A stretch of 50,927 bases of DNA, the filler included, from Streblomastix strix (lineage: Eukaryota): NCBI GenBank assembly GCA_008636045.1. It is 3 parts of 3 records of this genome, joined end to end, with 100 filler letters (N's around TTAATTAATTAA, not from the genome) between each part and the next. Parts side by side here need not be neighbours in the genome. Positions count along the whole stretch, not along the records: positions 1 to 16,917 come from SNRW01000748.1; positions 17,018 to 33,922 come from SNRW01000749.1; positions 34,023 to 50,927 come from SNRW01000750.1. One strand, written 5' to 3'. This document shows, piece after piece, positions 14,501-34,775 of this stretch; position 1 is the stretch's first letter; every line of letters begins with the position of its first letter. Made by a program: the position numbers and the translations under genes. Below the pieces are notes generated by a model. It was given only the letters and a program-made list of their open reading frames with translations. It did not search any database and had not been told where the DNA came from.

Positions 14501-16883
14501 ATCAAATTAAAAAATAGAGATAATTAAAGAATAAATGAATAAAATTAAACATATATAAGAAAATTTGAAAAAAAATTAATATTACAATTAAATAAAAGTA
14601 ACTAAAATTCCTTATTAATTCACACCTTGGGAATCCAATTGTTCCATGTTTGGCATCTTTTGGAAGTAGTGGAGTGTAGAGCTAATAAAATAAATATAAA
14701 GAATTAACAATTTAAACAAATTTAATAATTATAACAAATTAATTGAAATGAAGCAATTCATCAACAATTTAATCTATTGATAATATTATTTCCAATTTAT
14801 ATTAACATTCCATAATTTAGTATTTATTATCATCAATATTAATTATTAAATATATATTATATATTAATTATATATTTAATTCAAACCTTTGGTGAGAAAA
14901 CTCTCTTCCTGTGCCAATCAACCATATCAAAGAGATCCTTGGACTGTTTCTGCTGTTCAATAGGAAGACCTCTTTCGCATCTGAATGTAATTAATAAATA
15001 GATTAATAAGTTATAATAATTAAATAAATAAGGTATTAATTGAATAATAAATAATAATTGATAAATAAATAAAAATTTAAATTCTATTTATTTTCCCTCC
15101 ATATTCATAATTCATATTCCAAATAAATTCAAATTTCTAATTAATAAACAAATTTCTTTAAAATACAAACCTATTTCCACTGATATGCTCTACATTACTG
15201 TTGTGTGAGAACTTGTGAACAGTCAATTAACAGTTGTTGATGCATTTACCGCATCTTCTTGATTCAGTTTCCCAAGTTAAACTATGATTGGATAATTAAT
15301 TGATAATTGGATAATAAATTGATAATTAGATAATTAAATAAATATGTATTGATTATTTGTAAATAATAATGTATTTGAGTTTAATTTTGTTAATTTATAA
15401 TTATTTTCTTTAAATTTAAATGAAATATAATTTAACTTACCTATCAATAGAATCAGAAGGAAGGAATTATGAACGGATTTCAGTTGATGATGGCTAAAAC
15501 ATAATAAATAAAAATAAATTAGATTAATTTGTGTATTTATAAATAGAAAAATAATAAATAAATAATAAATAAATAAAATTATTAAAAAGTATTATTTTAT
15601 ATTCAAACTTCTTTATCGGCATTCAAAGCTTCCCATCTTTCAATTCCAAGAAGTGCAGCTCCAAATGCTCCCATATGACCTGTTAAATTATAGAAATACA
15701 GATATATAGTAAGTAATAATTAAATTATTGAAAAATAAAATAAAATAATAAACATAAAAATAATAAATAAATATATTTTTCTATTTATTATTGATTCAAC
15801 ACATTAAATACACACCTGCAATATCAGGTCTAACAACTTCATTATCAAAAATGATCTCAGCAGCTCTAAGAATTGAGTCATTCAAGAATGTTCCACCCTG
15901 TATAATAAGATAATATAAATACATTAGTATTAATAATTATTTATTATTATATAAGAATTAACAATAAAATAACATAAAAAATATAAACATGTAAATAGTT
16001 TTAAAAATAATAGACTTACCTGAACTACGATTTTATTTCCAATATCTTTTGGATCGTGGATACGAATGACCTTAACGAAAATATAATATAAAATATGAAT
16101 AAATAAAGTAATTTAATAATTATCAATAATAAATAAATTTATTAATATTCTATTATTAATAATATTATAAACATACTTTGAACAAAGCATTTCTGATAAT
16201 TGATAAAGCTAACCCAGCAGAAATATCTTCAACAGTTGCACAATCTTTTTATGCCTAAATATAATTAATATAAAAAATAAATAAAAAAATAAAAAAAATT
16301 TGTTTATTAGTTTATTTATTCATATATATAATATAACTTCCATAATTCATACCTATTTAATCCTGCTATTCATAAATACAGTGCATCTAGATCCCAAGTC
16401 AACTGGAGACTTGGCAATTAATCCAGCTTTGGAGAACTCGGAAACTGGAAGGTTCAGAGTAGCTGAGAGTGTCTGGATGAATGATCCACATCCTGAGATT
16501 GAATTAGATTAATTGGATAGTGGATATATTTATATAAATGAAAAAATAAATAAATAGTATTTAAATAATTTATTAATAAATAAATAAATAGTATTTAAAT
16601 AATTTATGAAAAAATAAATATGAGAAATTAATATTAAACAAATTAATAAAAGAGATATTTATCATTTATAATTCATCATCGTTATTCACCATATCAAAAA
16701 TAAACATATATATAATATAAATATATATAACATCTCCAAACCAGATGAACAAGCTTCATTCAAGCAAATCTATGCAATAATACCACCTTGATCAACATGG
16801 ATACTCTTCATATCTTATCCTCCAATATCCAATACGAAATCTACTTCAGGTTGGAAGAAACGAGCTGCACGTAAATGACAGAC
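8579..16883 (-). CDS. Bacterial-type 2-hydroxyacyl-CoA dehydratase activase (ASKHA ATPase + DUF2229/HgdD-like domains), 5'-partial, about 33 exons
   Basis: Spliced translation contains [109 protein letters not shown] and [19 protein letters not shown]. All introns are GT-AG and the stop is TGA at 8579-8581. Confidence 0.9.
12331..12646. repeat. Intronic 25-bp minisatellite (TTATTACTATAAAAATAAATAATAA)n with an internal N gap
   Basis: At least 11 near-perfect copies visible. The 10-N gap shows the copy number is unresolved. Confidence 0.95.
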
Positions 16884-16917
16884 CTGTAAATATATGAAGT
16901 TGAATATGTATATATAT

Positions 16918-17017
16918 NNNNNNNNNNNNNNNNNNNNNNNNNNNNNNNNNNNNNNNNNNNNTTAATTAATTAANNNNNNNNNNNNNNNNNNNNNNNNNNN
17001 NNNNNNNNNNNNNNNNN
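16918..17017. other. Artificial contig spacer (N44-TTAATTAATTAA-N44)
   Basis: 100-bp N run with a central all-frame TAA linker, identical in design to 33923-34022. Confidence 0.97.
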
Positions 17018-17070
17018 TGATTACAGCCAGAACAGCTGTTGTTGAATGGCGTAACTCTCCACTCGCACAA

Positions 17071-17462
17071 GAGACAATCGAGAGCGTGAAGCAGAAAATC
17101 CAGGACAAAGAGGGCATCCCACCTGACCAACAGCGACTGATCTTTGCAGGGAAACAACTTGAAGATGGGCGTACTCTTCAAGACTACAACATTCAGAAGG
17201 AAGCTACACTGCACTTGGTCCTTCGTCTGCGCGGTGGTGTTATTGAACCAACCCTTGCAACACTTGCACGCAAGTTCAACTGCGATAGGCAAATTTGTAG
17301 GAAGTTTACTCAATTATTTTACTTAAACTTTATCATTTACTTCTATTTTTCTCTCAAAACAGATGCTATGCGCGTCTGCCAATCCGTGCTCACAACTGCA
17401 GGAAGCGCAAGTGCGGCCACTCCTCATATTTGAGGCCAAAGAAGAAGGGTCACGGAAAATGA
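17071..17462 (+). CDS. RPL40: Ubiquitin-60S ribosomal protein L40 fusion, lacking the first ~20 ubiquitin residues; intron 17304-17362
   Basis: [36 protein letters not shown]...LRLRGG is followed by [22 protein letters not shown]^[20 protein letters not shown]...PKKK and TGA at 17460-17462. Confidence 0.97.
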
Positions 17463-17509
17463 GCACAACTGAGATTCTCAAGCGGCAGGAAACGCGACGC
17501 AGCCGAAAA

Positions 17510-25086
<7,577 letters not shown>

Positions 25087-25467
25087 GATCTTAGAATGGT
25101 ATAAAAAAGAATTTATTATGATGTTGAAAAAAGGTTAAAAAAAATTTCTTATAAACTGTAGACTAGAAAGCATAATTTAATATAATTAATAGTTCATATG
25201 GTTTATTTAAAAAATATAAGCAATATTAGTGTTTGTAAGTGACGCTAGGTGTAGTATTTCTTGCACTATTCTTGAATTAAGAAATTAAATTTAAGGCACT
25301 CGTTTTCAATGCTTGTGTTGAAAGATAAGTTTAAAATATTTACATTATATACCAAAAAATGCGGCAGGTAATGATGTCCTTTTAAAATAAATATTGGTTT
25401 GTTAGCACGCGTGGAAAAGTTAATTTATTAAACTCATATTTATTATTACAGAAATACATTAAAACTT

Positions 25468-27969
25468 TCAATCAGTCATCTCACGGTTAATTATTATTCC
25501 TTTCATTAGCAGTTCTATGATGTGCTTCTCACCTTGTGGGTTTCTCTTAAATGATCTATTTTCAAGACCAGTCAGGAATGCTTCCATATCTTCGTCCAAT
25601 CCACTTTTCTTTTATTTTTCCCCATCACCAGACTAATCTTCAGGAGAATTGTGCTATGGTTGTTATATAATTGATTCAACAAGTTCAAAGCCTTCACAGC
25701 ATCGGGCTTCAAGTACAGAAAAGTTCGGCATTGGATGATGAGCGAGTATTTTGAGAAATTAGTGGCTGATCTTTTCTGTGAGTGAAATATCTAAAATTTT
25801 CAAAGAGACTGGCATGCAACAACAATGAGCAATATTATCAATATTATCATCCTTCTCTTTTGCAGATTTCTTTTTTCTTTATTCTTCTTCATCACCTATT
25901 TATTCACATTGGCATTTCATAGATCTCCAATTAATTCTATTTCCATCTGTATCAATTAATCCATGAAAAAGTCCCCTCATTCCAACATCAGTAACAGATC
26001 TACAACTTGACATTTTAAGTGTATGGAGTTTTGAAGGGATAAGATCAAATGGGAAATGATCAGTTTATGGTTAAGAAGTGATATGTTCTGAAGAAGTCTA
26101 AATAGTCGAATCAATTTAACTATTAATTTTACGATGATAACAAATAAGTGAATATAATTCAGTTATTCCTTAATCATCAACATCATTGCATTCCCCAATA
26201 TCAATTTCTTCTAAATTTAAAAGAGTTTAACTAATAACTCTAAGAATATCATTATTAACTCCTTCACATCCAAATAATGAAAGAAGTGATATATTTTATG
26301 CCAATGTTGTGGATTAGATATGATCATCATTTGATTCCTTAATTTGTTATTTTTCTTTTTCTGTATCTTATTCAATAAACATCATCTGTATGTTCTCTAA
26401 TTTTACTGATACTCCATCAATTTCTAAACTATTTAAGGGAAGCTATGAAAGTTATAAGAATGCACCATTCTCAATATTTTTAATATTTGATAAATCAAGT
26501 TTCTTTAATGATGGGCAAATTACTTTTAGATCTGAAACAGCACCTTCTGTTATTGTTAATTTAGTTCTAGCAAGAGATAGTTCAATAAGATTATGAAGAG
26601 GTCTATGAAGTGAAAATTGACTAAAATGACTGAGAAATTCCATATTAAGTATTTTAAGCTATGATTAACTTTCATCAAGAGAGCTGAGTGATGATAACTT
26701 AGACCATCCAGATATATTTAATTCTTCAAGCTTCTTTAATTATGTTATTGGTTGAAGTGCAGCTTCATCTAATTTCTTACCAGCATATGATAGATCTAGT
26801 TTTACCAGAAGAGGAAAGGCTATAACAATCTGTTCAACTACTTATGATGTAACAATTCCTGTGTTTGATAAGTTCAAAGATTATAATTGAGAAAATTATT
26901 AAGATTTAAGTTATTAATCTTCAGATTTTTAGGGATCTTTCGCATTTTCTTCAATTTCATTTTATGTGCATTCTGATTATTAATATTAAAGATCATTTAA
27001 TGAGAAATCAACAAGACTCTCACATCCATTGAAATCTAGTTCATTTAAATGTGGGAGTTACTGAATAATTTATTTGATCCATCCTTCTTTCAATTCTATC
27101 TCAGAACTCTTTAGTTTTAGTTATCTTAGAGTTTGTGAATGAGCAGGTAATGAATGTTCTATTAAAATACTGAATCCTTCGTCTGAGAAATCAAAATGTT
27201 CACATTCAATACCAAAATGATTAAGGTAAATTTGATTTGTATTTTCTATTGATTTTGATTCATCATTTTCTTCAATCAATTATCCTCCATCAATATTTCC
27301 AATTGGTATTTTAACTTTGCATTGTCTATTTTATCCAGTGACATTATCATATTATTCATCTTCATCATTGTCTTCATAAATGTGCATCTTAATTCTCCCA
27401 GAACCGTTGAGAAATGCAATAATAGCTCCTTCCACATCTCCAGATTCATCTTCGTTATATTCTTCATCTTCATCAAATTCTTCTTCTTCATCAAAAGAAA
27501 TATCAAAATATTACAATTTTGTATCTCTTCCCAACAAATAGAATGATTTACAAAAATCATCTTCATCTTTACAATGAGGTGAACATGAAAGTTCCAAATG
27601 TTTTAAATTTGAAGCACAATGCTACGATATTTATCTTGCAAAATTGTGAGTTAAATTTAACCCATTAACTTAGAGCTTAGTTAAGTGTATTCCAGAGACT
27701 TTCAAGAGCATATTTAATGCCTTCTCTCTGATATTTACACATCCTGTTAGATCTAATTCTCTCAAAGTATTCTATTGAGATCGCACAATTCCACAGAGCC
27801 CAATTTCGTCAAAGTTGATATGATCCCTGAATGTAAATGTTTCCCAATGTGCCTATATTATGTCTCTCCACTTTTTACATACAGATGAAAAACGATAGTA
27901 AGAAAGTAGATTGTCCGCAACTAAAATTCGTGTAAGAATGTTGTCAGGAAGCGTATTAAAGTTAATCAT
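25468..27969 (-). CDS. F-box/leucine-rich-repeat protein, intronless, 833 aa
   Basis: N-terminal F-box FNTLPDNILTRIL...SSVCKKWRDII, then LRRs such as LRELDLTGCVNI, LKKLDLSNI and LHTLKMSSCRSVTDVG. ATG to TGA is 2,502 bp. Confidence 0.9.
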
Positions 27970-28801
27970 CTAATAAATTAAAAAAATATAAATTAAATCA
28001 TAATTATATGCAATTTTAAATTAATTCTGTTTATTACTAGAATTAAAAACATTCACAATATCCTATTTTTTGTAAAATAATCCTATAAGTGTTACTGTCA
28101 AAAAATATGTGTAGCTTATAGAATAATATCCGAGTTTAATATTTCGTAAAATGTATGATACTCATAATTTTTACAAACGTGTTGCGGGAGGCTGGGAAAA
28201 TGATAAAGTTAGTCAGTTATATTCCTATCAAATAAAAGATTAGATTATCCAAATTCTCATAAATAATATATTAAATATGATTTAATATACATATTTAATA
28301 TGTTAATATATATATGAACATTCAAATTGATTTAATTAATTTATATGTTATTAGTAATTTTTTCCGTGTTCTACGAGTTTTATTTAATGCATAACCTAAT
28401 AAATGATTGAATATATTTACATTTTAACTAAATAATTACAAATATACTCATAATTCAAATTAAAAATTGCTACTATTAAGATTTTAATGAATTTATTCCT
28501 TTTTTTCAATTTTTCAAGCACAAGGCAAAACACAATTTTTGTCTGATCATATATATTTATTTACCCACAAAACTCTAACTGACTCACCCAGCCACACCCC
28601 TCTGGGTTAATTTGTCACCCCCAAATTAATTATTTAAAAACAATAAAATAAAAAGTACTTTTTTCTTAGTTAATTTGAGTTAATTCAATTTAATTTAATT
28701 AAATTTTATTTTTAAAAATAATTGTATAAATATTATAATTATTTATTATTCAATATATAAAATTATTAATGTGGAATTGTTCATTTTTCATTAATAATCA
28801 T

Positions 28802-31390
28802 ATGTAGATTCGAGGATAAGATCAGGATATGAATTAATAATCTCTCGTCGTACCTATTTATGCCGGTATTCTTCCCGAAGAAAGATAAAAAATGGAGGTT
28901 CTTTCTGTAGTAAACTAATAGCAAGCAGGCGAAATACTCAATTTAAGAAAAGATTTACATAAAGAAACGAAAAATGCAAAGTATCTATAAGCCGAATTAT
29001 AATAAAATACAAATTAGATCAAATTTCTTCAAGAAAAAGTCAGAGATGCAGAATATTTTGAAGGTTATAGGAATCAATTAAAACTAGAAAATGAGATGCT
29101 TGTTAAAAAGAATGAAAAATACAAAAAGGCTCTTACTAATCAAAATGGTATTATTTTATTTTATCTGATATTATTTTTACTAATGTTTATATTTATTATA
29201 GAGGAAAATTAAATTATCCACAGATAATATCTTGCTGCAACATAGGAATTGAAATAAATTCATGAAAAAGTAGCTTAAATGGAACAAGTTCATGTTTAAT
29301 CATTTTCTTTCATTTAGTTAATTCAATTTATATGATTTATTTTATACGTTATTTAACAATTACATCAGGATTCATTAGTCATTTAAGCGCATAAAGCTGC
29401 TGATAATGTAGATTTGATTGAACTTTTGGATAGTATCATCGAAATAGAAAATAATGATTAAAATTAATAATAACAACAATAAAATAACAGACAGAAAAAA
29501 AGAAATCTTCTCGCAGTTGCACTTGAAATTGTGAAGAAATGGATTGAGTTTAGAAAGACGAAAGAAAGAAATGATATGGAAGGAAATAATTATGAACTAA
29601 CTGAGCTTATTAATCTTATTGATGGGAATTCAAAGGTTTTTTATATTAGTTTTTATTAATTAAATTAAACTTATATTTAAAAATACTTACAATTAGCTTA
29701 GAGAATGTTAGAAAGAATGCAGCTTATTAAAGAATTAAATTGCACAATTATAAGATGAAATTAAAAGAATCAAAGAAGGTTTGAAGTTTATTCTCATTAA
29801 CTAATTTTTAAATATTTTTGCTAAACCATAAAATATAAATTAATTTAGAGAATAAAACCCAACTTTAGAATAAAAATTAAGAATTTCCTGACAGATAATA
29901 ATATTCTAATGAAGAAAAGAAAAAGAATGAGGAGATAATTGTATATGTAAAATTATTATTATTTAATACTTAAAAAGAATTATTTTTATCAATATTAAAT
30001 TTTATAACATCACACCTTATTCAACTTCTTTTCATCTCATTCAGTATAAACTAAGATAAGAAGTTATTGAAATGCAAAATAGGTTAAGAATTTATGCATA
30101 TTATATTCACAATCCAAATCCTTGTATGTAATTTAAATTATAAATTTATTTTTATTAATGAATTTTGTTTCGTCATTATTTATTCTAAAAGAAAAATCAA
30201 TAGATGAAGATATTGGAGCATAGATAGATTCAAATAGAATATAAACTGATCTTTTGAAAAGCCAATTTGAAGATATATTGAGAAAAGCGTATCTTAAAAA
30301 AGGTTTGAACATTATACATTAGTAATTAATATAAAAATTATAAATGAAAAATTTTAATTATTTACAATATTATTATTTACTATGTAATTTAGATGAGAAC
30401 ATTATTATAATAAAGATTCTTAAAGGTGAAATTAATGGAGAATAATTTCATAAATAATTAAGTGTAGTTCCTTCAGGTGTATTATTAAATAAATAAGGAA
30501 GAATGAAAGATGGATATTCATCATCATCTTCAATAGAATCTCCTTCTTAAATCTAAATATAAACATTTGATTCATCATAATAATATTAAAGAAGGTTATA
30601 TATATTGTTATATAAAATTGTTAAGATAAATGTGCATTGAACATTTATTTTATTAATTATTATTTATTTCATATAAATAGTTCATCATTAATATGCACAT
30701 TTGTTGGAGTTGATTTCTTCTTATTTGACACTCAACATACTTCATAAACAAATACATTGTAGCCTAATTACTTAACAGCTTTCAGGTTTATATTAATATA
30801 TTATATATATATTTGTTCAAATATTCAATTTTTATAAATTTCTATTTTAACACATTTTATTTTTTAACTCATTTTATTTTGCATAATCTCAGATTCTAAT
30901 GTGAATCATCACCCTATTTTCTTCATTATCTTCTTCATCATCCTGCGGAAGTTGATTTTTGCTGTTTGGATGATGAAAAAGTCAAATATATTGGAAAAGG
31001 GTTTGAATAATAACCTGATATAGAAATGATTGAAAATTGTATTATTTATATATGTATGATTAATGTATTACATTAACTCTCCAATTTCAGGTATATTGAT
31101 CTGTCTTCCCTTGTTCACAGTTACAGGACGATTCGCTAAAAGATCCTCATCAAGTCTTTTAACTGCAATGAAGAAAGAGATAATGAATAAGACGAGAGTA
31201 TGTTAATATTTCTTAATATATTATTCAATAATTTTATATTTTTATAATTAAATTTTAATTATTATCCTTAGCTATCTGTTCACTTGACATTGAAGCTGAA
31301 TCTTTACTCCCATTTGCTGTAACAACAGACAATTTCAACTTGCATTCAATAAAAGCAAAGGATACAAGTTGCCCAGCATGTAGAAAGTGA
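28802..31390 (+). CDS. Multi-exon coiled-coil protein with a C-terminal C2 domain, RPGRIP1/RPGRIP1L-like (ciliary transition zone)
   Basis: Long E/K/Q-rich coiled coil, then CTFVGVDFFLFDTQHT...QPNYLTAFRF..SPYFLHYL...YIGKGYIDLSSL, resembling the first C2 domain of RPGRIP1L. GT-AG introns; TGA at 31388-31390. Confidence 0.6.
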
Positions 31391-31840
31391 GTGAATTAAA
31401 AATAGCTGTAAATATTTGTAAATAAACATTTTGGCGTTTATTTTTAATATGATAAAAATATAAGTGAAAAATTTTATCATTTTTTCAACTTCACGCTTCA
31501 TATTTGTAAAAATTATGTGTTTCATACAGTTTATATAATATAGACATCAGTTTTTGTACTCTAAGATGCACATATATTTTGACAATAACGCTTGTAAGTT
31601 AATTTTACACAAAATATACTATTGTGAATGTTCTATATTTCAATAGTAAACAAAATCAACTTAAAATTACATATAATTATGATTTGATCTATTTCGAACA
31701 ATAACTTCAAATTTTTCAATAACACATTATTAGATAAATAGATTAAACTAAAAAATTAATAAATTTACCTCATTTTAACATATTTTTTAATAATATAATT
31801 AAAACATAATCGTTTTATGATTTTTATATTTATTTTAGAA

Positions 31841-33922
31841 ATGCCAAGAGCAAAAATTGGAACAGGGGCTGGTGCATTCAAAGCACTTGGTGGATTGAGC
31901 AATTCAATTCTACGTGCCGTACAAGACATGAAGTTTTCGGGGCCTTCTCCTATTTAACGTCGTGCAATTCCTGTTCTTCTCGGAGGCCAGAATCTCCTAG
32001 CAATGGCACGTACAGGGTCGGGGAAAACAGCTGCTTTTCTCATTCCAATTATCGAAAAACTTGCTTCCCACTCTCGTGTCGTTGGTGCCAGAGCCATTAT
32101 CCTTTCTCCTACTAGGGATCTTGCATTATAGACCCTTAAATTCACAAAATAACTATCCAAATACACAGATCTTATATCTGTTTCTGTGGTTGGAGGGGAA
32201 AGCATCAACTCACAATTTGACAGCCTTGCAACAAACCCTGATATGTATGATTGGTATCTCTTAGAATTATTTTATTGTTTATTTATTATTAGTATTGTAG
32301 CTACTCCAGGCCGATTACTTGATATTATTGTGTAAGGCACTACTAATCTTCAACGAATCCAAGCAATGGTTTTCGATGAGGCAGATTAGTTTGTAAAAGT
32401 TCAATTTTAAATGCATTTTTTCATACTTTTTATATTCTTACATATTCATAATTTTTAATCATAAAGATTGTTTGAATAAGGGTTTGCACCTCAGCTTACA
32501 GAGATATGTCACCGTCTTCCACCCATATAAGCAACAGGGTCATCTGATTAATAAGGAGTTTAGAGAGTCATTCAGATTGTTTTGTGTTCAGCAACACTTC
32601 CCCTTCAAGTAACTAACTTTGTAAAAGGAGTATTGGGACCTCGTATGTTGAATGCTGAAGTTGTCCGTCTTGATGCTGATACTCGTCTTTCTCCAGATCT
32701 TCAATGCCATTTCTTCATTTGTCAATCTGAATTGAAATTTGCTGCTTTGTTGCTACTCATTGAGAAAATATTGTCACAGAATGAATAAATTATGGTGTTT
32801 ACATGCACTAAGTATGAATTATATAATACTTATAACATATGCAAATATTAACTTTATATTATTATAATTTTCCCAATTTTCATTTATTATTATTAATATT
32901 ATATAATAGATACCATGTAGAATATATATATAATCTTCTTCAATGTAATCATATCTCATCAACATATATTCATGGTTCATTAGATATGCAAGCTTAGAAA
33001 AAGCATCTCGCTGATTTTGACAGTAAACATTGTTCTGTTATGATTGCCACAGATATAGCAGCAAGAGGATTAGACATACCACTCCTTGATTCAGTAATTA
33101 ACTTTGATTTCCCATCCAGACCAAAAGTGTTCATTCATAGAGCTGGTAGAGTAGCACGTGCAGGTCGTAAAGGAACAGCTTATTCATTACTTGTTATGGA
33201 AGAACTTCCTTATTTTGTTGATCTCTGCAATTTCATTGGACGAAATTCATCTTTGGTAAAACCATTGATAATTAATCGATAGGATAATAGTAATTAAGAA
33301 AATAATGATAATATTTAATAATCATAAAATAATAGTGATTTTTAAGTTGGATCCTTCCCTCCATTAATGCTGTCAATGTTTGCTGACAATATATCAACTG
33401 TTATATAAGAGAATACTCATCAAGCTTTGGAGATGAAGTCACTTCAACGTTCAGTGAGTAATGCATTTCATAAATATAGAAGAGAACGTCCATATGCAAC
33501 ATCTAGTGGAGTTCGTGGTGCAAAAGAGATGCTTCATAGATCAGCAAATGTAATTAATATAAATGAAGGACTGAAATCATCAATGATTAAAGAGTAAGAA
33601 GATAATAAAGATGAAGATGGGTTATAATTGGATGAAAGTGATGATGAAGATGAAATAGAATTAGATGATGAAAATGATGATTAGAAGAATATGATTAATA
33701 AAGAAGGCAATAAATCAGCAGTGAATAAAGAATAAGATAAAGAAGATATAAATAATGAAATATTTGATGAGAAGCGAGAATGGGGATAAGGAGTCATTGG
33801 TATTCATCCAATATTTATGGATTATGTTACAGATCCAAAATATTCTCAATATTAACAAACCCCATAATCAATTGCAGAATAATCATAAATAATTTCAGAT
33901 ATTCATAATTTCAGACCTCAAC
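31841..33922 (+). CDS. DDX54: DEAD-box RNA helicase DDX54/Dbp10, truncated at the contig end
   Basis: Q motif [67 protein letters not shown] and [13 protein letters not shown]. Confidence 0.93.
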
Positions 33923-34022
33923 NNNNNNNNNNNNNNNNNNNNNNNNNNNNNNNNNNNNNNNNNNNNTTAATTAATTAANNNNNNNNNNNNNNNNNNNNNN
34001 NNNNNNNNNNNNNNNNNNNNNN
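33923..34022. other. Artificial contig spacer
   Basis: N run with a central TTAATTAATTAA. Confidence 0.97.
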
Positions 34023-34276
34023 AATCATCAAATAATAATTTCAATAAAAATATTTACATTTATTACATTTTGAAATAAAACTAAATCATAATGATATTTG
34101 TTGGTTCGCAATCCAGTGTTTTTTTAAAAAAATTCGAAAAAAATTGAAATTTTTATTTTTTCGGATTTTAAGAGTAATATTGTATAATATTAATTAATGT
34201 GCTACCTATTAAATATAATTTTAAAATTTATTTACAGCTTAAGAAAATATTGTTTTTTTAAATCATTAAAAAGTAA

Positions 34277-34320
34277 GGTTTTGACTTCACCGCACGGTTT
34301 TGATTTCACCAACAACCCTA
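34277..34320. repeat. Two 15-bp direct repeats GGTTTTGA(C/T)TTCACC followed by AACAACCC-TA; possible solo transposon end
   Basis: Copies at 34277-34291 and 34296-34310 in otherwise very AT-rich DNA. Confidence 0.4.
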
Positions 34321-34588
34321 TATTAAAATTATTTTTCTACTTTATGATATGAATAACGTAAATATTTATTATTTGATAATGATATTTTGTTGTTTTAATA
34401 TTTTTCTCTGTAGAATCATGAATTGAAGGGAAATTCTAAGATGTAAACGCCATATTGTGAAATATCAATTCTTTTTATTAATATTATTATTTTCCCTATT
34501 TTTATTTGAAGCCAATACGTGAACTTGTTATTTTCTTTTTTATCTGATTGGTTTTATTATTTATTATGTAATCTTTTATTTATAATAG

Positions 34589-34775
34589 GACATAGTCAAT
34601 ATGGAAAGTATTAAAAGAAATATTTTCTTAAAAATTTTCATTATTTACACTCCAATTTTAACAGCGTTTATTTAGCCTACAATTTAGATGAGGGAATAGT
34701 TGCTGTTAAAATAGAAATAAATCCAAACAAGAAATCAAGATTAATGGATTTTGAAACATCAATTAACTTGGATAC
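34589..34775 (+). pseudogene. Protein-kinase N-lobe-like fragment
   Basis: Removing one GT-AG intron gives (G)HSQYGNVYLAYNLDEGIVAVKIE (subdomains I-II). No HRD or DFG motif was seen downstream. Confidence 0.4.

Noticed and set aside
16918..17017. TTAATTAATTAA palindrome within N runs (also 33923-34022)
   Set aside because: Artificial contig linker; gene adjacency across it has no biological meaning.
25407..25412. ACGCGT (MCB-like) site upstream of BRCA2
   Set aside because: A single hexamer, with no evidence for the cognate factor in this lineage.
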